The notes under the pieces are model-generated. The model ran no database searches. It was not told the DNA's origin and saw only the letters and a list, made by a program, of their open reading frames with translations. DNA of 64,000 nt from Scyliorhinus canicula (Eukaryota). Below, piece after piece: positions 24,661-37,828 of this stretch. Position numbers and translations under genes: made by a program. How positions within the stretch are numbered: the stretch's first letter is position 1; each line of letters opens with the position of its first letter. Where the stretch lies: the NCBI RefSeq assembly GCF_902713615.1, contig NW_024055490.1, forward strand, positions 529,262 to 593,261, read 5' to 3'.

Positions 24661-25821
24661 TCTTAAATAAGGACCTATTTCTCTTTGTTCATATTAAACT
24701 AGGCCACCAATTAGAGGACATGTCTTGATCAATAAGGCGTTCAGGAGTTATTGGGAGAAGGGAGGAGAATGGGGATTAGGAACATATTGGCAATGATTGA
24801 ATGGGGGAGCAATCGCGATGAGTCGAATGGCCTAATTCCGCTCCTTCGTCTTTTGGACTTAGGGACCCTGTTTGTCTCTCTTTACATTAACCTACAACCT
24901 GATTCTGTTTCTATTAATTTAAACCTGTCTCTGTTTGTATTACATTAGATACAGCTTCAGTTCTGCACTGGGCATGTCTCTTCATATTACATTGGACCCA
25001 GCCTCGGTAATTGCTGCGGTAGACCATGTACAACGTTTTGGAAAATGGCTGAAGTGGAAATTGTGAAGATTAAAAAAACTGAGGGAACAGTGACAGTCTA
25101 AAATTCATTAGCGAGCAATGCTGATCTATGCCCAGATAAACGTCATAATCTGTCTTGTCACCACCCTGGATGTGTGGACATACAAGCGCAGACCTCACAG
25201 ATCTTCTTGCAGCCACTTCAACTTGTACAACTGAAATTCTATTGCCTGGGCCTAGTGCAATAAACTAAGGGAATGGAATAGTTGTAATTGTGTCACATAA
25301 ACATAGGACAATTAGATAAATAACTGAGACAGAACCTAATGTTACAGCAACATTCATTCTCTTCACAGCAGGCACACAGTAGCTGCATTGTGTAACATCG
25401 ACGGGATGCACTGCAGCAACTCGCCAAGATTTCTTCAACAGCATCTTCCATACCCGAGACCTCCGAGAATCACTAGGGCAACAAGCACATAGGAACACAA
25501 TACTCTGCATCCTCCTACACATCCAACTCTCTGGGGTAGGAATTGGTCTTGGGCACTGGCAACGAAGAAGTGCCAACTGAAATCTAATTCTGTTGATTGC
25601 ACTGAAAATGAATATCAAATGTTGCATAGCACACACTGTATCCACTATACATCCCGTTTCAGGCTGTTGCCATATACTGATTTCTTGTTCAAAATATCTA
25701 TTTATTATATTATCTTTACATCTCAAAGACCTGTGGAATAATGCGCCCACAATTCAAAACAGAGGCATCATCCGGTGCATTAATAAAAGGGAGCAGGTCT
25801 CGAAAACAAATAGGCAGATTC

Positions 25822-26130
25822 AGGATCAAATATAGAATCCCTACAGGGCAGAACGTCACTCGGCCCATAGCATCTGCCCCGACCTTTAAAAGAACACCTT
25901 CCCCAATCTCCTGCCCTTGCACCATGACCTGCGCATCCCTGGACACTAAGGGGCAATTTAGAATGGCCAATAAACCTAACCTACATATTTTTGGATTATG
26001 GGAGGAAACAGGAGCACCCGGAGGAAAGCCACTCAGACACAGGGAGAAAGTGCAAACTCCACGCGGATCGTCAAGAATTGAACCCTGGAGCTATGAGGCA
26101 GCAGTGCTAACCACTATGCCTCCGTGTCGC
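25822..26130 (-). mobile_element. HE1-like SINE
   Basis: Reverse strand GGCACGGAGGCATAGTGGTTAGCACTGCTGCCTCA head and core. Confidence 0.85.
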
Positions 26131-29100
26131 CGATAACATAATAAAAAACTGGGTCTATTGCAATATAAGCTGAGTTCTGGTCTAGCGGAGTGTCGATTGA
26201 TACAAATTGAGACATGATCAATGCAGCAATAAGAGGGATATCGTACAATCCAAGAATAACAGGCGCATGGATTAGTGTTATGTAAACAGGGACATGGACA
26301 AGTGTAGAATTAACTAAAGCAACATTGAGTTTATTAGAATCTAACTATCTTGTCGAGTAATAACTGAGACCGAACCACGTGATGCAAACAGAATGTTGTT
26401 CCAGTTTACGATGCACAGATAAACGTTCTGATGCTGTAACCATTGTGACGTGTTTGTGCCAGACTAACCGAGACATGATTCAGTGTAGTTATTATTAATG
26501 ATTTGTAATATAAACAGGGCGTGTGCCTGTATATTAACAACTGATATTCAGCCTAGTGCAGGGAAACTGAGACAGGACCTGCTGCAATGTGATAGAGACA
26601 CGGCGAGTGTAATGTAAACAGAGGCCGGAGCTAAGTGAATGTAAGCGGACAGATATTTTTAAAATGATTTAATGGCATCTTGGTGTCACCAGTAACGTCA
26701 GCATTTGATGCCAATTCCTAATTGCCCTTGGAAATGTGGTGTTGAACCCGCTTATTGAACCATTGCATTCCATTCTGAGTAAGTCCACCCACAGAGCTGA
26801 TAGGAAGGGAGTTCCAGGATTTTGACCAGTGACAGTGAAGGAACAGGGATATTGTTCCCATCTTCTGCACTGTGAATTCTATGATATATATGAAGATGGT
26901 GTGCGGCTTGTCGGGGAACTTGCAGGTCCTGCTGTTACAATGCGTCTGTCGGGTCTGGTCCTTTTAATTGTCAGAGTTCGTGGGTTTGGAAGGTGGTACA
27001 GAAGGTGGTGCAGCAGATCTTTGTATATCGCTCACGCTGCTAGAATTGCACACACGTAATGCAGGGAGTGAATGTTTCAGCTGGTGGATGGGGTGTTCCT
27101 CGAGCCGGACGCTTTGTCCTGGATGGCGTTGAGATTCTCGAGTGTTGCTTGAGGGGCGCACATCAGACAAATGGAGAATATTCAGTTAAACTCCTGACTT
27201 CTGCCTTCTAGATGATGAGTAGGGGTTGGGAAGTCAGGAGATGAGAAACTCACCACAAAATCTCTAGCCACTGACCTGCTCTTGTAGCCACATTATTGAA
27301 ATGGTTCTTCCAGTTCAGTTTTTCATCAATGCTAATGATGGTGGGGGATTCAATCAAGGTAGTGTCATTTAAAATCAAGGGGAGTTGGTTAGCATCTCTA
27401 TTTTGGGGGGTCATTGCCTGGCACTTGGCAGCCCAAGCCTGAATGTTGTCCAAGTCTTACTGTATATGAAGACAGACTGCTTCAGTATTTGAGGAATCGA
27501 ATATGGTGCAGAACATTGGGTAATCATCAGCGAACATCCCCACTTCTGACCTTATGATGAAGGGTGAAGCTAGGGCCGGGGACACTATGCTCGGATACTA
27601 TATGTGACAGGATGCTCCTTGACACTTTTCATGAAGTTGCTGATGATCAAATGCGGACTGATGGGCCAATAATTGGCCGGGTTGGATTTTTCCTGCCTTA
27701 TGTGGACGGGTCATGTTTGGCAATGTTACACATTGTTGGGTACATGTCAGTGCTATACCTGCACTGGAGCAACTTGTCAGGGGCGCAGCCAGTTCCAGGC
27801 CACACATCTTCAGTATTGCTGCTAGAATGTTGCCAGGGATAATGCATTAGCAGCGCCGTCAGCCGTTTCTTGATATCGTGTGGAGTGAATCAAATTTGCT
27901 GAAGAATGACATCCATGATGATGCAGACCACCGGAGGAGGCCGAGATGGACCATCCTCTCGGCACCTCTGGCAGAAACTTTCAGTCTTGTTTTTTGCACT
28001 GGCGTGCTGGGCCCCCGCATCATTGAAGAGGGGAATTTTATTGAGGCTTCTATTCCGGCCTTTTGTTTATTTATTCATTACTATTCAGGACTGGATGTGG
28101 CAAAACTGCAGAGACAGATCCTGCATATTGAAAATAGGAACACATTGATTGTGTGATATAAACATTGACAAGTACTGGTGCAGTATTAATTAAAACAGAG
28201 TGTCGTGTATAAAAACTAAGACAGTGTCTAGCCTAACAAAAATACAGATGGAGTCCAATTTAAAATTAGCAGAGGCAGCAGTAATTATTGAGGCAATGTC
28301 TGCTTCATGTAATGCCAGACATCTCGATTTAAATTCCATCTGCTGGCCAAACTTTGCAATTGCAGTTACTGTGAAAATGTCGCTGTCAGGTATAATCCAT
28401 GATGTTGATGTATCCATAATCAATTTGCACAAATGTAATATCACATCGCCTTCTACGGGAGGTGCTAAATTTTAAGGTGTAACTAATTGCAGGTGTCGCT
28501 GGCTGATTCTCCCACATTGAGATCAGCACCACAGCAAAGTGGCTCAATTCCTGGTCACGCATTTTTGTTCATCTTTGTTAAATAGAGGAATGTTTACCTG
28601 GAGGTTGTGTGGAGTCCATGGGAAATGTAACATTCATCTAACAAACATAGTGTTGGGGAGAGTTTATTGATTCATTATGCCACCTGCAAAATGGTTGGGG
28701 GCCATTGTGTCCGAAGCTTCAGGAAGTTCACATGGGATTTTAGTTTTAAAGGGGAAATATGGATGTGCGTGTAAGACAGAGAGAATGCGTGTGTGAGAGA
28801 CTGTGTGCGTGTGTCTGTGTTTATGTGAAGCACATGTTGCATACAATTTAATTTCACAAAGGCCACGGCATCCTTCTATTTCCAATAGATACACAGCAAA
28901 TATTTCCACAAATGTAGCACATGAAGCTCCCAATTGTCGTTCTGGGTTGTCATTTTCTCGGTTTGTGTCCATTTCAAACCTGCTAAATCCACTGGTTCTG
29001 GTGGCTCACACCAGCCCACTGGACGTGTCGCCATTTTTTTCAGTTTGCAGATGATGACACCCAAATGTGATCAATGTTTAGGTTTCGGGACATTATGTCA

Positions 29101-29149
29101 CACTTGGAAGAATCCTTGAAGTGGAATATCGGCCTTCCCCTGGGTGCGT

Positions 29150-30110
29150 GGCTCCAGCTACTTCGCAAAGTGGAAATTCCTTGGTCGTGTGACTATGTCC
29201 CATTTAGGGACCAGACTGGAAATGTGCAAACCACCTACTTTTAATTGTCTTGAAGAGAATTGCAAGCTCTGTCTTTGAGAAAACTGCCGCATTTCTGATT
29301 GTGTCCGGCCAGTAAATATCCATAATGCATTGCAGACAACAAAGATGACATTGGCTGAGTTATTTTTCTTCACATGTGCAGGTGTTCCTTGTTTCACAGA
29401 CATACAAGAAGTTTCTGGGCGTTCAGGCCTTATAAACCACCTGCTTGTTCCAAAGGGTCAGCTTGATGTTATTCCAAGAACATTCAATGAGTAAAGCAAA
29501 GGTCGTATCTGCTTTCGCAATGACAGCATCACATTCTACATCCAGGCAGTCTCTCACCGTGGAAACTCGACAGCAGAATCTGCGCACCGGCTCTTATTTA
29601 GTGTGACCATGGCGAGAGTGCAACACCTTGTCCCACTGCCATGGTTTCCTCATGCGTATGGTAAGGAAGAACAAGATACAAGGCACCGAGGACTGAGTCC
29701 ATGAGTCTCTGTCGGTAATGTTTTGTGTGGATTATCCAACTTTAAGCATAGAGGAATTCTCTGATGAGGATGTATTGTGATTATGTCTCCGTTTTCATGA
29801 CTGAAAGGTTGCCGAGGTTGCAGCCTTACCGACTGTGCAAGTGGAGTCATCCATATCTTCAGGGAAGGCGAAGATCAGCAGCATGGAGAGGAAGCTGCTG
29901 AATAGAGTTGGGTCAATGACACGGTCCTCTTTCGCTCAATTATTCACTTAGAATCATTCGGAAGTGGAATCATCAATCTGCACAGTGCAGTGCATTTTGC
30001 GATGGAAGGAGTGAATGCGACAGGGGAGCTTCAGCAGTCAGCCAATTTTCCCCAAATCATATAGTCACTACTCCGCTGACAGTGTGGAATTTTTATTGAG
30101 ATTGACGAAC
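29150..30110 (-). mobile_element. RTE-clade LINE, degenerate ORF fragment
   Basis: Reverse translation gives W NNIKLTLWNKQVVYKA..FLYVCET, resembling the RTE 'KLT..TK..VYKA.VL..LLYG.ET' motif. Confidence 0.6.
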
Positions 30111-33100
30111 GTAAGGCGAAGAGGTAGGCATGTGGCAGAGGGAGCAGATCTTGTCCAGAGTAAATCTTGCGACGCAAACACAGCCCCTTTCTTCCAGCAA
30201 CATTCGACCTGCAAGCAGGTGAAGTATTTAAAGTGTGACCATTGGAAAGGCCTTCCCAGTGCTGCTATGAGTGAGTTATGTCAATAGTTGCTGCAGTCTC
30301 CTCTGTCCACTTTATTTTCAGATATTGGTTATGATTTTGCATCACGAATCTCCTCCGGGATGGGATATGTCTTCCAGCAGAGAAGGCATAGGTCATAAAT
30401 GATCAGAAACATAGCAATTATATTCACCAATTTTCATTCATTTAGGAATATAAATAATCAGATTCACAAATTGCCACCGTTCCACAAAGTACAGTTTTAA
30501 ATTAAGTTATCCGGTGCCGGTGTCGAGGGCTAGGCCATGATTTATTGTCCATCGCTAATTGCCTTGGTATAGGGTGGATACGTTAGGCTTGAGTAGGGTG
30601 ATCATTGCTCGGCACAACATCGAGGGCCGAAGGGCCTGTTCTGTGCTGTACTGTTCTATGTTCTATGTTCTATCGTCAGCAGAGCAGGGACTATAATATT
30701 TGGAGGGGAATTTCCAGGTGGTCATCTTCCCATGTGTCAGCTGCCTTTTCCTTCTGGGAGGTAATGGTCCTGGGTTTAGAAGATGTTTCAAAGGAGACTT
30801 GCTGCGTTCCTGCAGCTCATCTTGTGGGTGGTATATTATTGCCATTGTTCGTCGATAGTGGATGGAATGAGTGTTTGCACATAGGGTGACAATCAAGCGG
30901 GGCTGCATCGGCCTGCATGGTGTCGAGCTTTTTGAATTTGGTTGGAGCTGCACCCAGCCAGGTCACTGGAGAGTATTCAATTACAGTCCTGACTTGTGCC
31001 TTGCAGATGGTGAACAGGCTTTGGGAGTCAGGAGGTGAGTTGCTCGCCGCAGGCTTCCGAGACGCTGACCGGATCTTGTAGCCTCAGCATTTATATGGTC
31101 AGTCCAGGACAGTTTCTGGTCAATGGTAACCCCAGTGTATTGATAATGGGGGATTCAGCGATGGCAATATCAGTCAATATCAAGTGGCGATGGTTAGATT
31201 CTACTTTGCTGGAGATGATCATTGTTTAGCAATTCCGTGGCGAATATTACCAATTTTCACAATTCACAAAGTTAAATAATGATATCAATCAATTAACATC
31301 AACTCACAACATAAAAAGTTACATTCACCAATTATGATCCGTACTTTCCTTCACAAAATGCAAATGCAATTAATTTAAGGAAGGTGGATTTGAGACCAGG
31401 AAGAGATCAGCCATGATGATTGAATGACGGAGTAGGCTCGAAGGTCTGAATTGCCTATTTCCCCTCCTAATTTCTATATTCGTATGTTTAACATAATTTA
31501 TTGAGATTAACTTTAGTTGAGTTAGCATTGACCATTCTGCCACCAAGAAGTCACATCTGCACCGGAATTCAATGTGAAATGGAATTAAATCAGACCGAGG
31601 ATTATGTGCAGCTACCCAGCAGCCTCTGCGCTGTATTGGTCAGTAATCACCTCATCGTCACATAGAATCTGCAGACTGGGGTATGAGATGCTTTTTAAAG
31701 TGTCGGTAGAAATGAAAATACCTGTACCTAATGTAACGTTAATGAATCTTTACTTCCCAATTTGTTATTACACTGTTTTGGAAAGTAATTCAACGTCTGC
31801 AGCTGTCCACAGAGTTTCACAGGATTTCTGTTCCAGGTCCGGTGTCTCCATTGATTTGGGCGAGGATATCTTGAATGACTTATTGTACATGAAATGACAT
31901 GTTCCAAAAATTACAGCTGTCCCTTCTCAATGTAATCATGTTCCCGCTTTCTGTGTTTGAGATGAAGATTCACCATCAGCAGAGAAGAATCACCAGAACC
32001 GTAGGAATATCCCCAGTTTCCTCTCAGTGACGTCCATTTCGTCAGTTCCCGATAATCTGGGGATGGAATTCACCCAGAACAGCTTCAGCCACCGAATGTA
32101 TTAGACTGACACAAATTATAACGGACCTGCTTTAATTTGTGAAACCATCAAGTGCAGAATTGAGAATGTAGAACAGTACCTTTCAGGACCATCTAGCCAT
32201 CCATCCATCAATCCCATTCACTAATTTCACAATCAAAATATTCACGCATCAAACCAACATCCATCACTACATCAAAGCAGTAACCCATTATCTTTTGGGT
32301 GAATGTTGGGGGCGTATTAATGTCATTGAACCAATAATCCAAAGGCCTGGGCTAATTCTGTGGGGATTTGGGTACACATCCTCCCGTAGTCTGTGGGGGG
32401 ATTTGAGTTCAATTAATAAATCGAAAAAACATACTACTGGCCACCATGAACTCCCCTCTGCTTCGCCAATGAAATAAATCTGACATCCTTCCCTGGTCTC
32501 ACCTACATTTGGCTCCAATCGGATAGCAACATGTCTGACTTCTGAGCTGGCCCAGCTCAAGAGCAATTAGGGATAGGGGATACCCGGTGGTCTTGACAGT
32601 GAGTCCCAAATTCCACGGAAGAATAAAAGGAAAAACACATAAATCTACATGTTAATCTATTACAAAATGTACCCTCTGTCTGATACTCTGTCTGATAGTC
32701 TGGTTGCATGTCTACCCATCATCACAATGTTATGAGATGTGGGAGAGATCCGTCAGCCGGCTATGTTGCTAAGAGTGGCAAGAGAAGCTGGATAACTCTC
32801 CTTAGAGATGGGAACAATTCAAATAGGTTCACAATTTAAAACGTAAAATGATCTCCAGTACTGTTGCTGGGTAGATTTGTTTATAAATAGTCCTCATTGA
32901 CAATGTTACGAGTTTGAAGTTGGCTTGCAGCCAAGCGGTCAGTACTGAGCAAACAGATCTCTGAAAAACAAATCCAGATGTTTCCTGTAAACAACATTGA
33001 ACATTCTAACCTCCCTGACTGCAGGCGGCTGGATTGCTGCCAAATACTGTGTGGGGCAGATTAGCCTGAATATGAATGGATTAAATGGGATTTATCCATT

Positions 33101-34329
33101 CAAACAATAAATGTTTAGTCGCACATGAAGTAAACGTTTTAAATGGTGTTCCAGGCAAATAAATATACTCACTGAATGTTTTGTTCACTATGAGATTAAA
33201 CACAATCTGAAAATAGTAACCTGACCAGATGCTATTTAATTTATATTAGTTCTGAGTAAAGGTCACTCTAGTTATTAAAGTCCGTTTGTTAAAAACCTAA
33301 TGAAGTGGGAGTGAGTGGTGTTGGTGGACCCAATCCACAAGTTCAATAAGATGACTCCAATTACAAAAAATAAAATAAAATTAATTAAAAGTTTTAAAAT
33401 ACTGCATTGAATTCGCGGGGAATCCTGGAATATTCTCCGAGTTGTCGATCTCCGTTAAACGGAGGCGTCTCTTATACCCGATTAGCACCGTGTTCTGTAC
33501 AGTTTAATTTGTCTGGATTTCCATTATTTAACAGTCACTCTCATTGCTGCTAATGAGTGGAGAAATGACCAGTTCATGACCAGCTTCAGTGGAAGATAAA
33601 ACATTTATTCCTGTGATATTGTGTAATATGCCACAAAGTCCTGATATCCTGTGTTCCCAACACCAGTGAATGTTAGACAGCCGGTGGTCAGTAAAATTAA
33701 CGGCAATGGTTTGGATGCTGAAGGATAACTTTGCTGATCACCGTGTCCGTTCTGATTCATTAACTTCTCTGTCAAAAGTTGGTGTGCATTTTATGTTTCT
33801 CTGTCAACTCACTGTTGAATTATCAGGCAAGCGGCTTCTTTTACCGCTAATGTTCACAGGACTGTCTGAGGCTGAGGGACAGTTCGAGAAATGTAAAGAG
33901 AGACTTTTTGTAATTTGAGAGTTTCTTCTTGTCTACAGACCCACATTGTACAGTGATGGCTATCCGCACTGCAAATGTAATCACGTCATTCATTCCCTCA
34001 TTTAGTTACATTATGTCTGATAAATTATACTTTATTGTTGCAATGGGATAGAGTCCCGGAGTGTTGCAAATCTGAGTGACAAACGATTTATTCCCTGATA
34101 GTGTAATTTAATCTGTTTATGTTCATCCCTTTATATTGGAGTGCAGAAATAAAGAGACTTAATATATAATGGAATTCGATTTTACTTAGAGATGTTTAAA
34201 TATCATTTCCCATTCAGATGAGGATAGACATTACAATGAATCCATTCAGCCAAACAAATATACCGATACCGATCTAATATCGTTTTTTAAATAATAACCT
34301 ATTTAAATATCTGTGTCCATTCTGTTGGG

Positions 34330-34503
34330 GGTGTGGAAGGCGGGACGTGGATCCAGTCGCCGCCTCCACCAGGGAATCAACAGGCGGCGCCTGGAAAGCC
34401 GCCCCCTTCTGCCGGGTATTTAAATGCCGCTCACTGGGACCCGAATCCAACAGTCCGGGAGCTGGTTTGTTCACTGAGTTCCTGACACAACCATTTCCCC
34501 CAA
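34330..34503 (+). promoter_or_regulatory. VH promoter: GC-rich block with TATA-like TATTTAAA (34417-34424)
   Basis: TATA-like box ~80-90 bp 5' of the leader ATG, GC boxes (GGCGGG, CCGCCC); no perfect octamer nearby. Confidence 0.6.
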
Positions 34504-34515
34504 ATGACCAGAAGG

Positions 34516-34561
34516 ATGAGGTGGGCCATTTCTCTCAGTTTGTTGCTGACTTTCTTATCCC
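34516..34561 (+). CDS. IGHV: VH leader exon (MRWAISLSLLLTFLS-R; in-frame upstream ATG at 34504 adds MTRR)
   Basis: Hydrophobic signal peptide, phase-1 donor C|GTGAGT at 34561/34562. Confidence 0.93.
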
Positions 34562-34689
34562 GTGAGTAGTTTTTATTGTCCAAGTCTCTCACTGTTACTG
34601 TCTCAGTGTTAGTCTCTCTCTGGAATGTTCCAGAGTCACCAATCATTTCACCAGCATTAATCCTCGGGCTTTTTGATATATTTTTACAG

Positions 34690-34994
34690 GTGTCCAGTCG
34701 GATGTTGCATTAACTCAGCCGGAGGCAGAGACCGGGCGTCCCGGAGGCTCCCTGACACTGACCTGTAAAACCAGCGGCTTCAATCTTGGCAGCTACTGGA
34801 TGGGTTGGATCCGCCAGGTTCCCGGACAGGGGCTGGAGTGGCTGGTGAGCTACCATTCTTCATCCAGCAACAGCTACGCCCCAGCAATTAAAGATCGATT
34901 TACTGCGTCCAAAGACACTTCGAACAACATCTTCGCTTTGGCCATGAGGAGCCTGAAGACCGAAGACACCGCCATCTATTACTGTGCAAGAGAC
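34690..34994 (+). CDS. IGHV: VH exon, intact ([101 protein letters not shown])
   Basis: Acceptor TTTTTACAG|; conserved Cys, WIRQ Trp, YYCAR; followed directly by an RSS. Confidence 0.98.
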
Positions 34995-35033
34995 CACAGC
35001 GAGAGGAACCAGGGCTGGACCCGCACAAGAACA
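34995..35033 (+). other. VH 3' RSS, 23-bp spacer
   Basis: CACAGCG - 23 nt - ACAAGAACA. Confidence 0.95.
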
Positions 35034-35404
35034 GTTTGAGAGGGAATTCAGCAACTTGCACCTTAACCTGAAGGTCAGCACTTGATTCAAATGTAATATT
35101 AATGTCAGTGGTCAGAGTCAAAACACACGCTGCTTCTTACATAACTAACACAGAGAAAATTAAACAATAAAACCTAACAAACCAATCGATCTAATAGGAT
35201 GAGCTTGTGTCTGTTTATATTTACTGTTCACAGTTTCAGCAATGACAGACCTGGATATAACCGGCGTTTTATTATTTCTGATACTTGGAGAAAGTCTCTG
35301 TACATTGGGTTTGATAAACTGCTGTCTAAATTGTAAATTAGATCAGAAGTAAACTTGTATTTGAAGTGAATATTGAGCGGCAGGACTGAACAGAGAGTGA
35401 GTGC

Positions 35405-35482
35405 AGTTTTTGTGCGGGTGTCTGTCACTGTGACTACAGTGGGTCACAGTGCTGTGCACAGCGACATCCTCATACAAAAACC
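35405..35482 (+). other. IGHD: D1 segment (ACTACAGTGGGT, 35433-35444) with 12-bp 5' RSS and 22-bp 3' RSS
   Basis: AGTTTTTGT-12-CACTGTG | D | CACAGTG-22-ACAAAAACC. Confidence 0.97.
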
Positions 35483-35776
35483 TCAGTGAAAGAGCTTGTT
35501 CAAATTGGTGATCAGCGTCACAGCAGGATTGCCAACGTAAATGAGGCTTAAATAAAACACAATATTAGTTTATAAAAAGGTATTAAAATCTTCCACTTTA
35601 TCTCTGTTGACCGACACGCTAAATGTGCACAGAAGGTTTAAAAGTGTTCCGATCCTCTTTATAAATGTAATGACCAGGACACGCTGAAATAGATTCGCTC
35701 TTGGAAGAGACAGAGTTAGTTTTTTGGGAGAGCAGTGACATTAAATCTCTGTATTTTACAGTTAACAGTCTGCCGC

Positions 35777-35842
35777 AGTATTTGACACGCTGTGTCTCAC
35801 TGTGATAACTGGGGCACAGCAGTTACTGTCAATACAAAAAGC
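35777..35842 (+). other. IGHD: D2 segment (ATAACTGGGG, 35805-35814) with 12/12 RSSs
   Basis: AGTATTTGA-12-CACTGTG | D | CACAGCA-12-ACAAAAAGC. Confidence 0.95.
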
Positions 35843-36168
35843 CCTTCAGCACTAATTCACTGAGGCTGGCTCAGTGCTCGCTTTTACAATCCAACTTTAT
35901 TCACAGTGAAGTATTAATTATGTCCATCACTGCCCAAATAACGAGAAATAATTTGGGAACACTGATAATTATTCACGAAATCCGTTCGCGTTTTCAGTAA
36001 CATGCCCATGTGTTACTCTGAAATATAAACATTTGGGTCATTTCTGAGCAGCAAGCGAAATCTACAAATACAATTATAATTTAATGAAAATTCATTGTGA
36101 CTTTACTTTGCCGTTGGTTTGTGAATATTTAAAATAATGGTGGATTTCTGTCTATTTTGTGCAGGTGC

Positions 36169-36207
36169 GGTTAATGTATGGAGCAGCCCAGGGAATGTGA
36201 CACTGTG
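36169..36207 (+). other. JH 5' RSS, 23-bp spacer
   Basis: GGTTAATGT-23-CACTGTG. Confidence 0.9.
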
Positions 36208-36255
36208 ACTACTTCGACTACTGGGGACAAGGCACCATGGTGACGGTGACTGCAG
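36208..36255 (+). CDS. IGHJ: JH segment (YFDYWGQGTMVTVTA)
   Basis: WGQG motif; donor G|GTAAG at 36255/36256. Confidence 0.98.
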
Positions 36256-37828
36256 GTAAGAACCGTACAATTATTTCATGCTGTTTTATTTCAGTCGTTG
36301 TTTTCTATTTTGATCTATTTTAACAATTCATTCGTTCACTGAATTGCGGGTTTGCTGGATTCTGTATTGAGATTTTGTTGTAATGTTTCACGTGATTCTG
36401 CTGAAAAGGGTTCGAGAATTACTCTGCCTCTTGACACAAAGGTGCTGATGAGGGATTTAGTCCCTGGCTATTGTGATTTGGTGTTTATTTCCTGAGGATA
36501 CTGTGTGGTTGGGTTACTTTAAATATCGAACACCTGTTAAACAGTTTGGCGTTTCTGCAATGTTTAATGTCGGCGACTTTTCAGGTTAGGTGAATTGGCC
36601 ATGCTAAATTGTCCCTTAATTGGAAAAAAATTATCGGGCACTAATTTTTTTTTTAAATCTCGGTGACATTTGGTGGTTGCAAGTTTTACCACCTCCTGCA
36701 CATGTGTTAGGAATTGAACCCAATATTAATAAAATATTCTAAAGTTTCTGTGTTAATTTATTGAACATGCTCCGCTTATTCACACTGCTGATGATATTCT
36801 TCTATATTTTTGTTTAATTATTCATTCATTTGATGACAAGCGGATTTGGTGGCTTCGAGATTGAGATTTGCTTGAAATGTTATGTTTGGTTCTGTTGAAA
36901 TTGTCTTTTGAATTGAGCTGCTTCTCCATGAAGCAAGTTTCAGTCCCTCGGTGATGTGATGTGGTATTTTTCTGCTCGATACATTGTATCTGGGTGACAT
37001 TGAATAAGGTAAATGTGTGAAACAGTTTGGCGTTTCTGCATTGTTTAAACTCGGTGACACCGACTGGTTACATGTTTTGTAATTGAATGAAAACAATATA
37101 CGTGTTTGGAACTACTTGACACATGATTGGAGGCAGAAAACAGGCATGATTGTAGATTGAACGTAGCCATGGTTCAAGGCACCCTTTCGAATGTAAGTTA
37201 TTTCTGCAATAACAGCCTGGCTTTTCTGCAATGTTTGCTCTCGGTGGGATTGATGGTTGCAACTTTTATCATCTACTGCAAACATTTAAGTGTTTAAATA
37301 TGTTTGGACTATGTTGAAAATATGAATAAAATGTGGTAAAGTTTCAATATTTTTTTTGGACCTATCCCTCCTCACAATGGCATTGCTGTCATTGTATATT
37401 TCTATTTAGTTTGATAATTCATACATTTGGTGGTGAGCTGGTTTACTGGATTTGATACTGAGATGGTTTTGAAATGTTAAGCTTGATTCTGTTAAGTGTA
37501 GAATTGATCTGCTTCTCTCGGAAATGGGTTTCAGTCCCTCAGTGATGAATTTTGTTGTTGTCTTGCTGAGAAGATTTGGCTGCGTGACTTTGAATAGGTA
37601 CAATTTGTGAAGCGGTTTGGCGTTTCTGTATTGTTTCTGCATTGTTTAAACTCGGTGACACTGAGAGGTTACAGGTTTTCTGGTTCAATGCAAACGGTCT
37701 ACCTGTTTGAATCTCTTTGAAACACGATTGGAGTGAACAAATAGGCAGGTTTCGGAAATAAAGAAACAAATTACAGATATATTAGGGCTTTTTTTAAATG
37801 TTAACTGGTGATTTCAGATTAAACTATC

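Noticed and set aside
31965-32000. AGATTCACCATCAGCAGAGA (RFTISRE), resembling VH framework 3
   Set aside because: No upstream WxRQ, no downstream YYC or RSS, and a stop follows; likely chance.
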